The notes beneath the pieces are model-generated. The model was not told where the DNA came from. It did no database searches and saw only the letters and a program-made list of their open reading frames with translations. A stretch of DNA of 64,000 nucleotides. Origin: Macrostomum lignano (lineage: Eukaryota). The stretch is taken from positions 62,001 through 126,000 of the forward strand of contig NIVC01001297.1 of assembly GCA_002269645.1 (NCBI GenBank), written 5' to 3'. Both the position numbers and the translations under genes were made by a program. Of this stretch, positions 63,017 to 64,000 are shown one piece after another (positions within the stretch are counted from its first letter, which is position 1; the number at the start of each line of letters is the position of its first letter).

Positions 63017-64000
63017 TCACTTATTAAATTCGTAGTCTTCTTCCCGTCGCCGCTTTCGGGAGGCTGTAGCATTCACGTGCTGTTGCAGCTGCGACGACTC
63101 CGGATGAAGAAGTTGAAAATGGCCAAACGGGAGACTGTAGTTCGGTGCAAGCCAAGCGCGCTTGTCCTCCCAAATGCTTAAGGCACACTTTCGCTGCTGC
63201 AGCGTGAATAGCCTGTGTTGGATGCTAGCGATCCTGTGGATGATGACGGACATGCTACTCAGATCATTGAAGACTCTCAAGTAATCACTATGCGCAATCT
63301 CCTTCTTGACAACACATCCTTGAATGCCTTTGGCTTTTTTCTTTTCAGCAGTTGCAGTGCTAGCGAGAAAGGAATACAGCTTTGGTCTCAAAAGCAACCA
63401 TTCGAGATAGCGAGCTCCAGCTCCTTCGTCCTTGATGCAACCGAGGCGAGCTTTCAATTCATTTGAGAACAGCGGGTGCTCAGGTGAATAGTTGGAAGTG
63501 TCAAGGAGTTTCTTTGCTTTTAGCAGTGGAAGAACTTCCGACTGCACATCCATATTCTGAATGCAAAGAAAGAGCGAGTCGGTGTCTCCACCACAGAGCC
63601 GAACACGGGCACCCTCTTGCTCAAGCCAAGGCTTCAATTTGTCGTAGAATAACTCGTACATGATTAGCTTCGAATAGTCAAGAACACACTGGCCAATAAA
63701 AATCGGACGATCAAGCTTGACCTTAGTCTTCTGGAATTCAATTATGCTCAGTGAGTCGGTAATTATGATAAAGTTCTTAATGGATGGTTTTGAAGCCAGC
63801 ACCTTTGCTTTTGCAGTGTTGGTGCAAATCCGAATGTCACGTCGCTTACGCACGTTTTCCATTGTTTTTCCGAAGAGCGCATTGTTTTTTAGTTTGTAGT
63901 AGTCTTTCTCGAAGCTGTTTGTCGCAGCAGCTCTTTTCACGCTGTTCATGTTAACATAGTCAGCAAATATCGGCTCCTGTTTGTACTCAATCATTCGATT
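63017..64000 (-). CDS. polB: Protein-primed family B DNA polymerase, C-terminal part (5' end outside window)
   Basis: KLKNNALFGKTMENVRKR (motif B), GDTDSLF (motif C), LGCIKDE, LRPKLYS, KAKGI. Confidence 0.95.
   Translation of the reverse strand, partial: NRMIEYKQEPIFADYVNMNSVKRAAATNSFEKDYYKLKNNALFGKTMENVRKRRDIRICTNTAKAKVLASKPSIKNFIIITDSLSIIEFQKTKVKLDRPIFIGQCVLDYSKLIMYELFYDKLKPWLEQEGARVRLCGGDTDSLFLCIQNMDVQSEVLPLLKAKKLLDTSNYSPEHPLFSNELKARLGCIKDEGAGARYLEWLLLRPKLYSFLASTATAEKKKAKGIQGCVVKKEIAHSDYLRVFNDLSSMSVIIHRIASIQHRLFTLQQRKCALSIWEDKRAWLAPNYSLPFGHFQLLHPESSQLQQHVNATASRKRRREEDYEFNK

Larger units (their letters stand above)
53833..64000. mobile_element. Polinton/Maverick (adintovirus-like) endogenous element, left part; runs off the window
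   Basis: Hallmark intronless gene set: integrase, minor and major capsid, cysteine protease, ATPase, pPolB. Putative terminus AGTAGTAGAGG at 53833 fits the AG-initiated short-tandem termini of Polintons. The left boundary is inferred from that motif. Confidence 0.95.

Overview
Eukaryotic (animal) genomic DNA. The GC-rich, poly-Q/poly-A coding exons and minisatellite-filled introns suggest a macrostomid flatworm such as Macrostomum; that is inference only. Left to right: (1) a full-length but frameshifted mariner (169-1486); (2) two convergent class IV POU genes (3995-5441 +, 17876-18955 -); (3) a six-exon BARD1 (28814-~35899 -) with a ~925-bp foldback element in an intron and a palindromic hAT-type MITE just upstream; (4) a three-exon neuropeptide prohormone with 10 copies of A(A/S)L(A/S)DF (46009-46797 +); (5) the 3' three exons of GALT (50161-51759 -); (6) from 53833 to the window end, the left part of an apparently intact Polinton/Maverick. 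The Polinton encodes integrase, penton, basic core protein, major capsid, protease, ATPase, an exonuclease-fold protein and pPolB, plus two unexpected transcription-factor-like genes: a tandem PC4-domain protein and a TATA-binding-protein (TBP)-like protein. That TBP/PC4 cargo is the most interesting observation. About 20 unrelated minisatellite arrays produce most of the long ORFs in the supplied track, and those ORFs are spurious. All protein identifications are from motif recognition by eye; no searches were run.
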